Made by a program: the position numbers and the translations under genes. From Acidimicrobiia bacterium (GTDB lineage Bacteria > Actinomycetota > Acidimicrobiia > IMCC26256 > JBMOIJ01), in NCBI GenBank assembly GCA_049317385.1, contig JBMOIJ010000011.1, positions 2,580 to 66,579 on the forward strand: a stretch of DNA of 64,000 bases, read 5' to 3'. Of this stretch, positions 39,383 to 47,524 are shown piece after piece; the stretch's first letter is position 1; each line of letters opens with the position of its first letter. The notes below the pieces were generated by a model. It was not told the DNA's origin. It made no database searches and saw nothing but the letters and a program-made list of their open reading frames with translations.

Positions 39383-40489
39383 ATGTGTACTCCACTGCCC
39401 AGTCGGGGTCGTTGCGCTCGGCGAGCACGACGCAGGATTCGATCCCACTGCTGCGGAGTCGTACTCGCGGGCTTAGCGGTGCTCCTCGTTGTGGCATGTG
39501 CTGGGTGCGCGCGGCAGCGATCGAGTTCGGTATCGACCACAGTCTCCCCACCTCCATCGACCACGAGTTCCACGATGACTGTTCCTTACAATCCGTACGC
39601 GGGAACAAACGCGGCGGTCACTCCGACTGGGCAAACCACCACCGGAGAGATCCGTACCGCTGACGGCCACACCCGCACCTACCGGCTGTACGTTCCGTCC
39701 GCGCTGGACAAGCGCACGGCTGCGCCACTCGTGGTCGCGCTCCACGGCGGGATGGGCAGCGGCGCGCAGTTCGCGGCCAACTCGGGCTTCGACGGGTTGG
39801 CCGAAGCGAACGGATTCATCGTGGCGTACCCGGATGGGATCGGCGCGCCTCGTGCGTCGCGTCTGCAGACGTGGAACGGTGGCTACTGCTGCGGTCCTGC
39901 GGTTGAAGCGAACGTCGATGACGTGGCGTTCGTGCGGCAACTCATCGAATTGCTGCGCTCTCAACTCCTGATTGATCCGCAGCGCACCTACGCAGCGGGT
40001 CATTCGAACGGTGCGATCATGGCGTACCGCTTGGCGTGCGAGCTGTCGGATCAGATCGTCGCCATTGGAGTGCAGGCCGGAAGTTTGGGTGTTGACTCGT
40101 GTTCGCTCGCCCGCCCGGTGTCGGTGTTCCACCAGCATGGCACGGCTGATACGAATCATCCGATCGACGGTGGGAAGGGCACTGGCGTTGCCGGGGTCGA
40201 GTTCCGTTCGGCGCGCGCCGCGGTCGACGCGTTCGTGAACGCGAACGGGTGCGTGCCACCGCCGGTCCCGGGAGCGGATCCGGCGAACCCGGATCTCGCA
40301 GTGACCACATGGCAGTCGTGTCGTGGCGACACTGCAGTGCAGTTCGTTGCCGTGACGGGTGCGACACACGCGTGGATGGGACACGACGCAGCGTCGCGCC
40401 TTGGCGCATCGCTGGTTGGCGAGCCGTATCCGAAGCTCGACGCGAGTCGAGCCGTCTGGTCGTTCCTCGCGGCGCACCCGCGCCGCTGA
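39383..40489 (+). CDS. LpqC-like PHB-depolymerase-family esterase lipoprotein
   Basis: Lipobox LLVVACAGC, then LVVALHGG, YPDG, and nucleophile elbow AGHSNGAIMAY. Confidence 0.8.
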   Translation: MCTPLPSRGRCARRARRRIRSHCCGVVLAGLAVLLVVACAGCARQRSSSVSTTVSPPPSTTSSTMTVPYNPYAGTNAAVTPTGQTTTGEIRTADGHTRTYRLYVPSALDKRTAAPLVVALHGGMGSGAQFAANSGFDGLAEANGFIVAYPDGIGAPRASRLQTWNGGYCCGPAVEANVDDVAFVRQLIELLRSQLLIDPQRTYAAGHSNGAIMAYRLACELSDQIVAIGVQAGSLGVDSCSLARPVSVFHQHGTADTNHPIDGGKGTGVAGVEFRSARAAVDAFVNANGCVPPPVPGADPANPDLAVTTWQSCRGDTAVQFVAVTGATHAWMGHDAASRLGASLVGEPYPKLDASRAVWSFLAAHPRR

Positions 40490-40537
40490 TCGGCTGGCTC
40501 GGATCGTTGGCCGTTGGTTCGCAATCCGAGGTGGCGT

Positions 40538-40555
40538 GGCGTTTCGCACGGTCAC
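40538..40555 (+). repeat. possible degenerate half copy of the family-1 element (GGCGTTTCGCACGGTCAC)
   Basis: 16 of 18 nt are identical to the left arm plus loop start of copy 3 (GGCGTTTCTCACTGTCAC). No matching right arm follows. Confidence 0.3.
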
Positions 40556-40612
40556 CGAGGTTCGGCCGAACCGCGGCCAGACTCGTGCCCACGAGCGCGA
40601 TGGGGGAGGACG

Positions 40613-40921
40613 ATGGGCGCGGCGGTGATCACGATCTTTCGGAGCCGGCTCGATCCCGCGTATGAGGCCGAGTACCACTCGCGGGCCGAGGCGATGACGC
40701 AACTCGCACGGTCGATGCCCGGATTCGTGGACGCGAAGACATTCGGTGCTCCGGACGGTGAACGGGTCACCGTGGTGACGTTCGCGGATGAGGAGTCACA
40801 CAACGCGTGGCGCGACCATCCCGAACACCGCGCCGCCCAACGTCGGGGCGTCGAGGCGTTGTACACCGAGTACTCGATTCAGGTTGGCGCGGTGACACAC
40901 GAGCGTCATTTCACGCGATGA
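40613..40921 (+). CDS. antibiotic-biosynthesis-monooxygenase (ABM) fold protein
   Basis: 102 aa with ..MPGF......G..DGERVTVVTFADEESHNAWRDHPEH. RBS GGGGGAGGA lies upstream of ATG 40613. Confidence 0.75.
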   Translation: MGAAVITIFRSRLDPAYEAEYHSRAEAMTQLARSMPGFVDAKTFGAPDGERVTVVTFADEESHNAWRDHPEHRAAQRRGVEALYTEYSIQVGAVTHERHFTR

Positions 40922-40944
40922 CGCACGGAAGCTCTTAATGGAAG

Positions 40945-41304
<360 letters not shown>

Positions 41305-41406
41305 ATGTCAATCGGTGCCGCCGCGGATGCGTGTTGGTTGCATTGGCACCGGATGCTCAATGGTAACGCTCGGCCTGTGACCGGCATTCTCAACCCCTAC
41401 TTCCGC

Positions 41407-41456
41407 GACTTTGCGTCGCAAACAGCCGCTATTTTGGCAGTTTGCGACGCAAAGTC
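41407..41456. terminator. family-2 hairpin, copy B: GACTTTGCGTCGCAAAC-16 nt-GTTTGCGACGCAAAGTC
   Basis: Perfect 17-bp arms. It lies 75 nt downstream of the CBM/beta-helix gene stop and about 100 nt upstream of the tmRNA 5' end. Confidence 0.6.
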
Positions 41457-41531
41457 AGGAAGAAGAGGGGGGAGGGCCCGATCCGGACCGGGCCCCATGC
41501 TGGTCCGGTCGGGCACACCCCTCATTCCGGG

Positions 41532-43193
41532 TCAGGGCCCGGTGTTCGTGGGCCAGTAGAGGATGTTCACCAGCCCGTTCGAGTCGGCTTCCGCTCGGTT
41601 CGGCGGCGCCGGGATCGTCACGCCGGTCGGCGCGTACGTGGTGGTCACCTGCCGGTTCCCGGTCCACCCGTCGATGTTGGCGAACGCCTGCTTCCAGTAC
41701 GTCGCCCAGCTCGGTCCGGGCGGGTTCATCAACATCGGACCGAAGTCGTTGTTGATTGCGGTCACGTGGCCTTGGTTGCCGCTCAGGCTCGGAGTCCACG
41801 TTGCACCGGATCCGGATGCGCTCTGCACGTACAGGGTGATGTTCCAACCGCCCAGGAAGTTGCCCTCGAGGCGGAGGTAGGTGTCACCGCCGATCGGTTG
41901 CATGAACACTGCTGCGGTCTGCCAGCCGGTGTTCGAGCCGGGCTCGAAGTGGTTGTGTCGCACATTGAAGTACCCGCCTCCGGTCACGCCGGCGAACATC
42001 GACTCGACGTGGCCGCCAAAGTACGAGTGCAGGTTGTGCACGATTCCGTTCTCGACGTACGCCGGTCGGGTGGCATCTGGGCCACCACCGAGGGCGATGC
42101 CGGTCTGCGCTCCGGAGATGTCGAAGTTGGTGAGCCGGTGTTGGCCGCGCCCGGCGAACACGCCGTGCGATTCTGTCGACGACATGCCCGTCTCGTTGCC
42201 GTTCCACTTCACGGTGAGAGCGTCGGCGTCGAGCGTGCCGTTCGTTCGCACGAAGCGGTAGTCGCCGTAGCCACCGATCACTTCGACGTTCCGCAGCGTC
42301 AGCGTGCCGCCTCCGGTGTGCACGACTGCCCCGTAGACCCGCGCGTTGGACAGTAATGCGTTCGTGTCGCTGAGGACGAGCGCACCGTTGGCCGGTCGGA
42401 TCTCCGTGGTGATCAGCGCCGGGTTGGCGCCGCGCACGTCGGTGCGCTTGGGGTAGGCCGTGACCGCACTTGGTGCGGGCGCAGTGGTGGTCGTTGGCGC
42501 CGCGGTCGTGGTTGGTGCGGCGGTGGTCGTTGGCGCCGCGGTCGTGGTTGGTGCGGCGGTGGTCGTTGGCGCCGCGGTCGTGGTCGGCGCGCTGGTCGTC
42601 GACGTAGACGACGAGGTCAGCCCGCCCAGCCGCAGCCAGTCCAGGTTCAGGTAGTTGGCGCTGGCAGCGTTCCATGAGTGCACGACGGAGATCGTGTTCG
42701 TCCCCGCTCCGAGCGACAGGTTCACGGTTTCGGTCCGCCAGGTCGACCAGTTGGCCGTTGCCGGCAGCGACCAGGTGTTCATGACGACCGCACCGTTCAC
42801 TTTGAGTTGGCGAGCCGCACCGCTGGGTGCCGCCGAGTAGCGGATCGTGAAAGGATAGGTCCCGGCCTTCGGCACCGCGAACGACGCCGTAACGTACTGT
42901 CCGTCGCCGAGCCAGCAGCAGCGGTATCCAGTGCCTTCATAGCCGGGCCAACGGGTCTCGGTTCCGATGTTGGACGCAGCGTTCTCGGCTTGCACGGTGA
43001 CGGCGGTCGTGGTGGGCTGCGACCGACGCAGTGCGGTTGGCTGTGCGTTGGCTTTGGTTGATGTCGTAGTCGGTGATGCTGGCGCCTCTGCGCACGCCGC
43101 AACCAGCGACGCCGAGGCGATCATCACCCCCAAAACGATGAGTCGTGAGCGGCGCGCAAGGCGCGCGCGACCGCCTGGAAATTTCGTGTCCAT
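41532..43193 (-). CDS. secreted lipoprotein: CBM6/35-like carbohydrate-binding module, (AAPTTT)n linker, right-handed beta-helix domain
   Basis: Lipobox SLVAAC. The CBM-like part is VQAENA...GY.G.GY...G.YPFTIRYSA....RQLKVNG...W..W....V.L..G.N.I. Six AAPTTT units follow, and the C-terminal half has beta-helix-like NxxVxG repeats. Confidence 0.75.
   Translation of the reverse strand: MDTKFPGGRARLARRSRLIVLGVMIASASLVAACAEAPASPTTTSTKANAQPTALRRSQPTTTAVTVQAENAASNIGTETRWPGYEGTGYRCCWLGDGQYVTASFAVPKAGTYPFTIRYSAAPSGAARQLKVNGAVVMNTWSLPATANWSTWRTETVNLSLGAGTNTISVVHSWNAASANYLNLDWLRLGGLTSSSTSTTSAPTTTAAPTTTAAPTTTAAPTTTAAPTTTAAPTTTTAPAPSAVTAYPKRTDVRGANPALITTEIRPANGALVLSDTNALLSNARVYGAVVHTGGGTLTLRNVEVIGGYGDYRFVRTNGTLDADALTVKWNGNETGMSSTESHGVFAGRGQHRLTNFDISGAQTGIALGGGPDATRPAYVENGIVHNLHSYFGGHVESMFAGVTGGGYFNVRHNHFEPGSNTGWQTAAVFMQPIGGDTYLRLEGNFLGGWNITLYVQSASGSGATWTPSLSGNQGHVTAINNDFGPMLMNPPGPSWATYWKQAFANIDGWTGNRQVTTTYAPTGVTIPAPPNRAEADSNGLVNILYWPTNTGP
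42486..42593 (-). repeat. 18-nt tandem repeat (two alternating codon variants giving a 36-nt super-unit) encoding (AAPTTT)6
   Basis: GGTGGTCGTTGGCGCCGC and GGTCGTGGTTGGTGCGGC alternate perfectly from 42486 to 42575, and the last unit is degenerate. The repeat lies inside the CBM/beta-helix CDS. Confidence 0.9.
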
Positions 43194-43196
43194 TGT

Positions 43197-43259
43197 CCCG
43201 CTCCCTGATGAATATCGGGGCCCTTACTCCGATCCGATTCATCGGTCGTCAGGAGCGGG
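43197..43259 (-). promoter_or_regulatory. 5' leader hairpin sequestering the Shine-Dalgarno sequence of the CBM/beta-helix gene
   Basis: The mRNA-sense sequence is CCCGCUCCUG-ACGACC-GAUGAAU-CGG-AUCGG...CCGAU-AUUCAUC-AGGGAGCGGG-ACA-AUG. About 22 bp pair, and the 3' arm contains AGGGAG 7 nt before the AUG. Confidence 0.5.
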
Positions 43260-43328
43260 GAACTGAAGGCCCAGTTCAGCGCGGGTACGCGTGTGGGTAG
43301 AACACGTCTCGTTGCGCGCGTTCGATGC

Positions 43329-43355
43329 AGGTGTGACAGGTGTGACAGGTGAGCA
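43329..43355. repeat. tandem 9-mers AGGTGTGAC AGGTGTGAC AGGTGAGCA
   Basis: Two perfect units plus one degenerate unit, in the 174-nt spacer between the rsmF-like stop and the CBM/beta-helix start. Confidence 0.7.
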
Positions 43356-43367
43356 AGATGCGCGCGG

Positions 43368-44723
43368 TCAGTGTTCGAGCTGGGATGTGTGCACCCACGG
43401 CCGCCAAGATGGCGGGAACTTGCTGCGAACCGTGCCCCGCTGCGCGCGCCCCCAACCAAGCGGTACGCCGGCCACGGTCATGACCGTCCACCCGGTTGCC
43501 TCTGCGACGATGGGTTCCCCGCGCAGGTACTGATCGAGATCGGCACCTTCCAGGGGAATTGCAGTGTTCGCCTGCTCGACGTCGAGGATGTGTGCGAGCC
43601 CAGTGGTGGGTTCCATGCGGTTGGCGCGAAACCAACCGAGGGGTACGCCGGCGCGCAACACGGCGAGACCGGCCAGGTTTGGCGCCGCGGCGGCACTGAC
43701 GAGCGTGGTGCCATTCAGTATGAGCGGTCCGGGTGGATCGAAGGCGACGAGCGCGTCATTCGCAAACGCGTTCCACGCGTTGATCGCAGCCCCCGGCGCA
43801 CGGCCGGGTTCGACGGTGCGAACGCGCCGCCGCGCACCGTCAGGTGCGCGCAGCCGCGCCACGAACTGGCCTTCTCCTGCTCCGAGGTGCGGGTACACGC
43901 GCACCGTGCCGGGCAGCGTCCCCTCGACGGCGCCACCGATTGGTTCGATCGGATCGAGTTCCCATCCCGGGTGGTCGCGGAGAAATGCACGAACGACGAG
44001 TTCGTTCTCGACTTCCTCGAACGTGCACGTGGAGTACACCAGCACGCCGCCAGGCTGCGTGAGCACGGCGGCATGCTCGAGGATTCCTGCCTGCCGGCGG
44101 GCACATCCGTCGACGGCTCGCTCGCTCCACTCGCCACGGGCCGCCAGGTCGCGGCGGAACAGCCCCTCGCCCGAACACGGCGCGTCCACCAACACGCGGT
44201 CAAATGTCTGGGCGAGTTTTCCGCTCAGTCGCTCGGGCGACTCGTTGGTGACGACGGCGTTCGCATTGCCCCATCGGTCGAGAGTGGTGGCCAGCGACCG
44301 AGCGCGCGTCGGGTGGATCTCGTTGGCGACGAGGGTGCCTTCGCCGGCCATGGCGGCGGCAATGGCAGTGGTCTTGCCGCCCGGCGCGGCGCACAGGTCG
44401 AGCACCATCTCGCCGGGTTGGGGGTCGAGCACGGTGACGGGCAGTGCGGCCGACGGTTCCTGGAGGTAGTACGCCCCGGCGGCATGGAGTGGGTGGGCGC
44501 CCAGCAACGTTGCGTCTTCCACGACGAACCCGTCGCGGTGCAGCGGCGATGCGCTCAGCGGTACCCCGAGCGCTGACGACAGGTCGGCGACCGTGGCAAA
44601 CCGTGTGGGGTTGATCCGCCCGCCGCGCACCGACGGTTGGTCGAGGGCGGCGAACAACGCTTCGGCATCGAGGTGGGGGATGGCGCGCATGCGCTCGATG
44701 AACGCCGGCGGGATCGCGGCCAT
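43368..44723 (-). CDS. RsmB/RsmF-family rRNA cytosine-C5 methyltransferase
   Basis: LDLCAAPGGKT, VLVDAPCSGEGLFRR, LVYSTCT. Its ATG lies 1 nt downstream of the smpB stop codon. Confidence 0.85.
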   Translation of the reverse strand: MAAIPPAFIERMRAIPHLDAEALFAALDQPSVRGGRINPTRFATVADLSSALGVPLSASPLHRDGFVVEDATLLGAHPLHAAGAYYLQEPSAALPVTVLDPQPGEMVLDLCAAPGGKTTAIAAAMAGEGTLVANEIHPTRARSLATTLDRWGNANAVVTNESPERLSGKLAQTFDRVLVDAPCSGEGLFRRDLAARGEWSERAVDGCARRQAGILEHAAVLTQPGGVLVYSTCTFEEVENELVVRAFLRDHPGWELDPIEPIGGAVEGTLPGTVRVYPHLGAGEGQFVARLRAPDGARRRVRTVEPGRAPGAAINAWNAFANDALVAFDPPGPLILNGTTLVSAAAAPNLAGLAVLRAGVPLGWFRANRMEPTTGLAHILDVEQANTAIPLEGADLDQYLRGEPIVAEATGWTVMTVAGVPLGWGRAQRGTVRSKFPPSWRPWVHTSQLEH

Positions 44724-44724
44724 G

Positions 44725-45186
44725 TCAGTCGCGCATACCCTTCATGGCGCGTTCGGCTTCGCGTTTCGCGTCTCGTGCCGCCAGGGCCTGGCGCTTGTCG
44801 TAGTGGCGCTTGCCGCGCGCCAACGCGAGCTCGACCTTGGCGCGCCCGTTCTTGAAGTAGACCTTCAGGGGTACGAGGGTGACGCCCTTCTCCGCGGTCT
44901 TGCGCATGATTTCGTCGATCTCGCCGTGGTGGAGCAGCAGTTTGCGGCGCCGTACCGGGTCGAGGTCGCCGCGTGAAAATTCGTAGGGCGACACGTGCAT
45001 GCCGTGCAACCACACCTCGCCGCCGTCCACTCGGGCATAGGCGTCTTGCAGGTTCGCTCGCGAGTTGCGGATGGACTTCACCTCGGCGCCGTGGAGGACC
45101 ACGCCGCATTCGAACGTGTCGAGGATCTCGTAGTCGTGCCGGGCGCGGCGATTGGTGATGACGGTTTGGTCGCCGCGTCGAGACAT
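44725..45186 (-). CDS. smpB: SsrA-binding protein SmpB
   Basis: ITNRRARHDYEILDTFECGVVL.G.EVKS.R......L.DAY, then LLLH..EI, ending ...GKR.YDKR. Confidence 0.95.
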   Translation of the reverse strand: MSRRGDQTVITNRRARHDYEILDTFECGVVLHGAEVKSIRNSRANLQDAYARVDGGEVWLHGMHVSPYEFSRGDLDPVRRRKLLLHHGEIDEIMRKTAEKGVTLVPLKVYFKNGRAKVELALARGKRHYDKRQALAARDAKREAERAMKGMRD

Positions 45187-45231
45187 GGGATACGACGTTA
45201 GCGAGGCGCGGCCGGCGGTACGATCGCCGCC

Positions 45232-45672
45232 GTGTCTGCACCGGCCATGCGGCTCACCCGCCCGCAATACGTCCGCATCATTGCGCATTGCCTCGACGGC
45301 TACCCCTACGAGGCGTGCGGCATGTTGGGCGGGCCGCTCGATGCCGATCTGCAGCCCACCGGCGAGATCACCGAGGTGTACTGCTGTCGCAACGCCGACG
45401 AGTCAGGTCGCACCTACACCGTTGATTCGCGTGACCTGCTGGCTGCGATGCGGGGGGCCGAAGCAGCCGGTGGCGACGTGGTGGGCGTGTTCCACTCGCA
45501 CACGCACACCGATGCGTGGCCTTCGGCCACCGATGTGCGCCAGGCCGCCGACCCGCGCTGGTTCTACGTGCTGGTGAGCTTGCGCCACGCCGACCCCGTA
45601 TTGCGGAGCTTCCGCATCGTCGACGGCGAAATCATCGAGGTGCCGGTCGAAGTGCCGGACCTCGACGCCTGA
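45232..45672 (+). CDS. mec: JAMM/MPN+ metalloprotease Mec (CysO-cysteine hydrolase type)
   Basis: EACG and the JAMM motif HSHTHTDAWPSATD. It sits next to cysO-cysM, as M. tuberculosis Rv1334 does. Confidence 0.85.
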   Translation: MSAPAMRLTRPQYVRIIAHCLDGYPYEACGMLGGPLDADLQPTGEITEVYCCRNADESGRTYTVDSRDLLAAMRGAEAAGGDVVGVFHSHTHTDAWPSATDVRQAADPRWFYVLVSLRHADPVLRSFRIVDGEIIEVPVEVPDLDA

Positions 45673-45682
45673 CTCGCTGCGC

Positions 45683-46222
45683 TCAGCGTTCGACGCGGTC
45701 AGGGAACCCGCCGGGGGGCGGGTCGATGATGACCGGTGGCAATGTGGTGGGTACTTCCGCAACGGTGGTGTTCGTGGCCGGGCGTTGACGCACGGTGGTT
45801 GCGGGAGCGGGTGCTTCGGTGGCCGGCGCGGGTTCGGGTGCCGGCGCAGTGGTGACCGGGGTCGCAGTGGTGGAGACCAATGCGGTGGTCGATGGTTCGG
45901 TGGCGATGCGTTCGGCTGGCTTCGTGCGCGACTTGGTGGCCAGAACGCCAGCGGTGATCGCGAACACTGCGACGAGCGCAGCGATGCCGGCTACGAGGTA
46001 TCGCTTTGCGTGCGGGTGGACCGGCGCGACGGCGGCTTCGGTGTCGACCGCCTCGCCGGCGAAGTCGACGGTGAGGTCACCGGCGCGGACCTCGTTGGTC
46101 ACGAGGTCGATCTCGACGTCGTCGTCGAGTTCTGCAGGTGCCGCTTCGGGGGGCGCCATGGTGGTGGTGGCCACGAACTGCGGTTTCGGATCTTGATCTG
46201 ACTCGAATACCCCATCTCCCAT
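45683..46222 (-). CDS. hypothetical single-pass membrane protein (acidic N-terminus, Pro/Thr/Ala-rich exterior)
   Basis: One TM segment (YLVAGIAALVAVFAITAGVLA). The sequence is low complexity. It is wedged antisense between mec and cysO. Confidence 0.5.
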   Translation of the reverse strand: MGDGVFESDQDPKPQFVATTTMAPPEAAPAELDDDVEIDLVTNEVRAGDLTVDFAGEAVDTEAAVAPVHPHAKRYLVAGIAALVAVFAITAGVLATKSRTKPAERIATEPSTTALVSTTATPVTTAPAPEPAPATEAPAPATTVRQRPATNTTVAEVPTTLPPVIIDPPPGGFPDRVER

Positions 46223-46266
46223 GACGCAGAGCGTAGTCCCGGGGCGGAAATATGACCCAACGGCCC

Positions 46267-46272
46267 TAGAAT
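46267..46272 (+). promoter_or_regulatory. candidate -10 hexamer TAGAAT upstream of cysO
   Basis: CCTAGAATCG, identical over 10 nt to the secA site. The hexamer ends 36 nt before GTG 46309. Confidence 0.35.
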
Positions 46273-46308
46273 CGCTCTGTCGGTTCCCCCTCGGCCCCTG
46301 GAGTCCTG

Positions 46309-46584
46309 GTGGCAGTCCAAGTTCGCATCCCCACGGTCCTGCGGGTCCACGTCGACGGTGCTGGCACGGTCGCGGCCGATGGTGCCACGGTGGGCGAGGT
46401 CTTCGCCGACCTCGTGGCGCGCTTCCCCGGTCTGGCCGGCCAACTCGTGGGCGACGACGGAGCGCTCCACAAGTTCGTCAACGTCTACGTCGACGACGAA
46501 GACGTGCGGTACCTCGACGGGCTCGACACCAAGGTGCCCGACGGCGCCGAGATCTCGGTGCTCCCTGCAGTCGCCGGCGGGTGA
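46309..46584 (+). CDS. cysO: ThiS/MoaD-family sulfur carrier protein CysO
   Basis: 91 aa ending ...ISVLPAVAGG (C-terminal Gly-Gly). GTG start preceded by CTGGAG. It lies 4 nt upstream of cysM. Confidence 0.85.
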   Translation: MAVQVRIPTVLRVHVDGAGTVAADGATVGEVFADLVARFPGLAGQLVGDDGALHKFVNVYVDDEDVRYLDGLDTKVPDGAEISVLPAVAGG

Positions 46585-46588
46585 ACCC

Positions 46589-47524
46589 ATGAAGTTCGAG
46601 AGCATCCTCGAACTCGTCGGCAACACGCCGCTCGTCGGGTTGCACGCGCTGTCGCCCAATCCCAACGTCAAGATCTACGGGAAGCTCGAGGGGCAGAACC
46701 CGGCTGGTTCGGTGAAAGACCGCATTGCGCTGCGCATGGTCGAAGCTGCCGAGCGCGAGGGACGGCTGCAACCCGGCGCCACCATCATCGAACCGTCGAG
46801 TGGCAACACTGGTATCGGTTTGGCGCTCGTGTGCAAACTCAAGGGCTACCGGTTACGCATCGTGTTGCCCGAGAACGTGTCGCCCGAACGCAAGCAGATC
46901 CTCGAAGCGTGGGGTGCCGAAGTAATCGCCACGCCGGCCGACGAAGGCAGCAACGGCGCCATTCGCGTGGCCGAGAAGCTGGCAGCCGACGATCCCAGTC
47001 AGGTGTTCCTCTTCCAGTACGGCAACGAACAGAACTGGAAGGCGCACTACGACACCACGGGTCCCGAGATCCTGCGCGACTGTCCGGAGATCGACGCGTT
47101 CGTCGCGGGGCTGGGCACCAGCGGCACGCTCATGGGAGTGGGCCGCTACTTGAAGGACCACAAGCCCGACACGCAGATCATTGCGGTCGAGCCCCCGGCT
47201 GGCGAACAGGTGCAGGCGCTGCGGTCACTGGAAGAAGGGTTCATCCCACCCATCTTCGATCCCGAGGTGCTCGACCGGAAGATCATCGTGCGGGCGCGTC
47301 AGTCCATCGAATACACGCGCAAGTTGCTCGAGGAGTGCGGCGTGTTCGCCGGCATCTCGTCGGGAGCCATTGCGTGTGGGGCGGCCAAGGTCGCGACGCA
47401 GATGGATTCGGGAACCATTGTCATGATCGTGTGCGACGCCGGGTGGAAGTACTTGTCGTCGGGTGTGTGGACCGACAGCACCGACGTGGTCGAAGACCGC
47501 GCCACGCAGGTCAACTACTGGTGA
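46589..47524 (+). CDS. cysM: CysO-thiocarboxylate-dependent cysteine synthase (CysM, PLP enzyme)
   Basis: GNTPLV, KLEGQNPAGSVKDR (PLP lysine), SSGNTGIGLA, GTSGT. Confidence 0.9.
   Translation: MKFESILELVGNTPLVGLHALSPNPNVKIYGKLEGQNPAGSVKDRIALRMVEAAEREGRLQPGATIIEPSSGNTGIGLALVCKLKGYRLRIVLPENVSPERKQILEAWGAEVIATPADEGSNGAIRVAEKLAADDPSQVFLFQYGNEQNWKAHYDTTGPEILRDCPEIDAFVAGLGTSGTLMGVGRYLKDHKPDTQIIAVEPPAGEQVQALRSLEEGFIPPIFDPEVLDRKIIVRARQSIEYTRKLLEECGVFAGISSGAIACGAAKVATQMDSGTIVMIVCDAGWKYLSSGVWTDSTDVVEDRATQVNYW

Noticed and set aside
42486-42593. Regular repeats as a possible CRISPR array
   Set aside because: The units are contiguous 18-mers with no spacers, and they lie in frame inside a CDS encoding an (AAPTTT)n linker.
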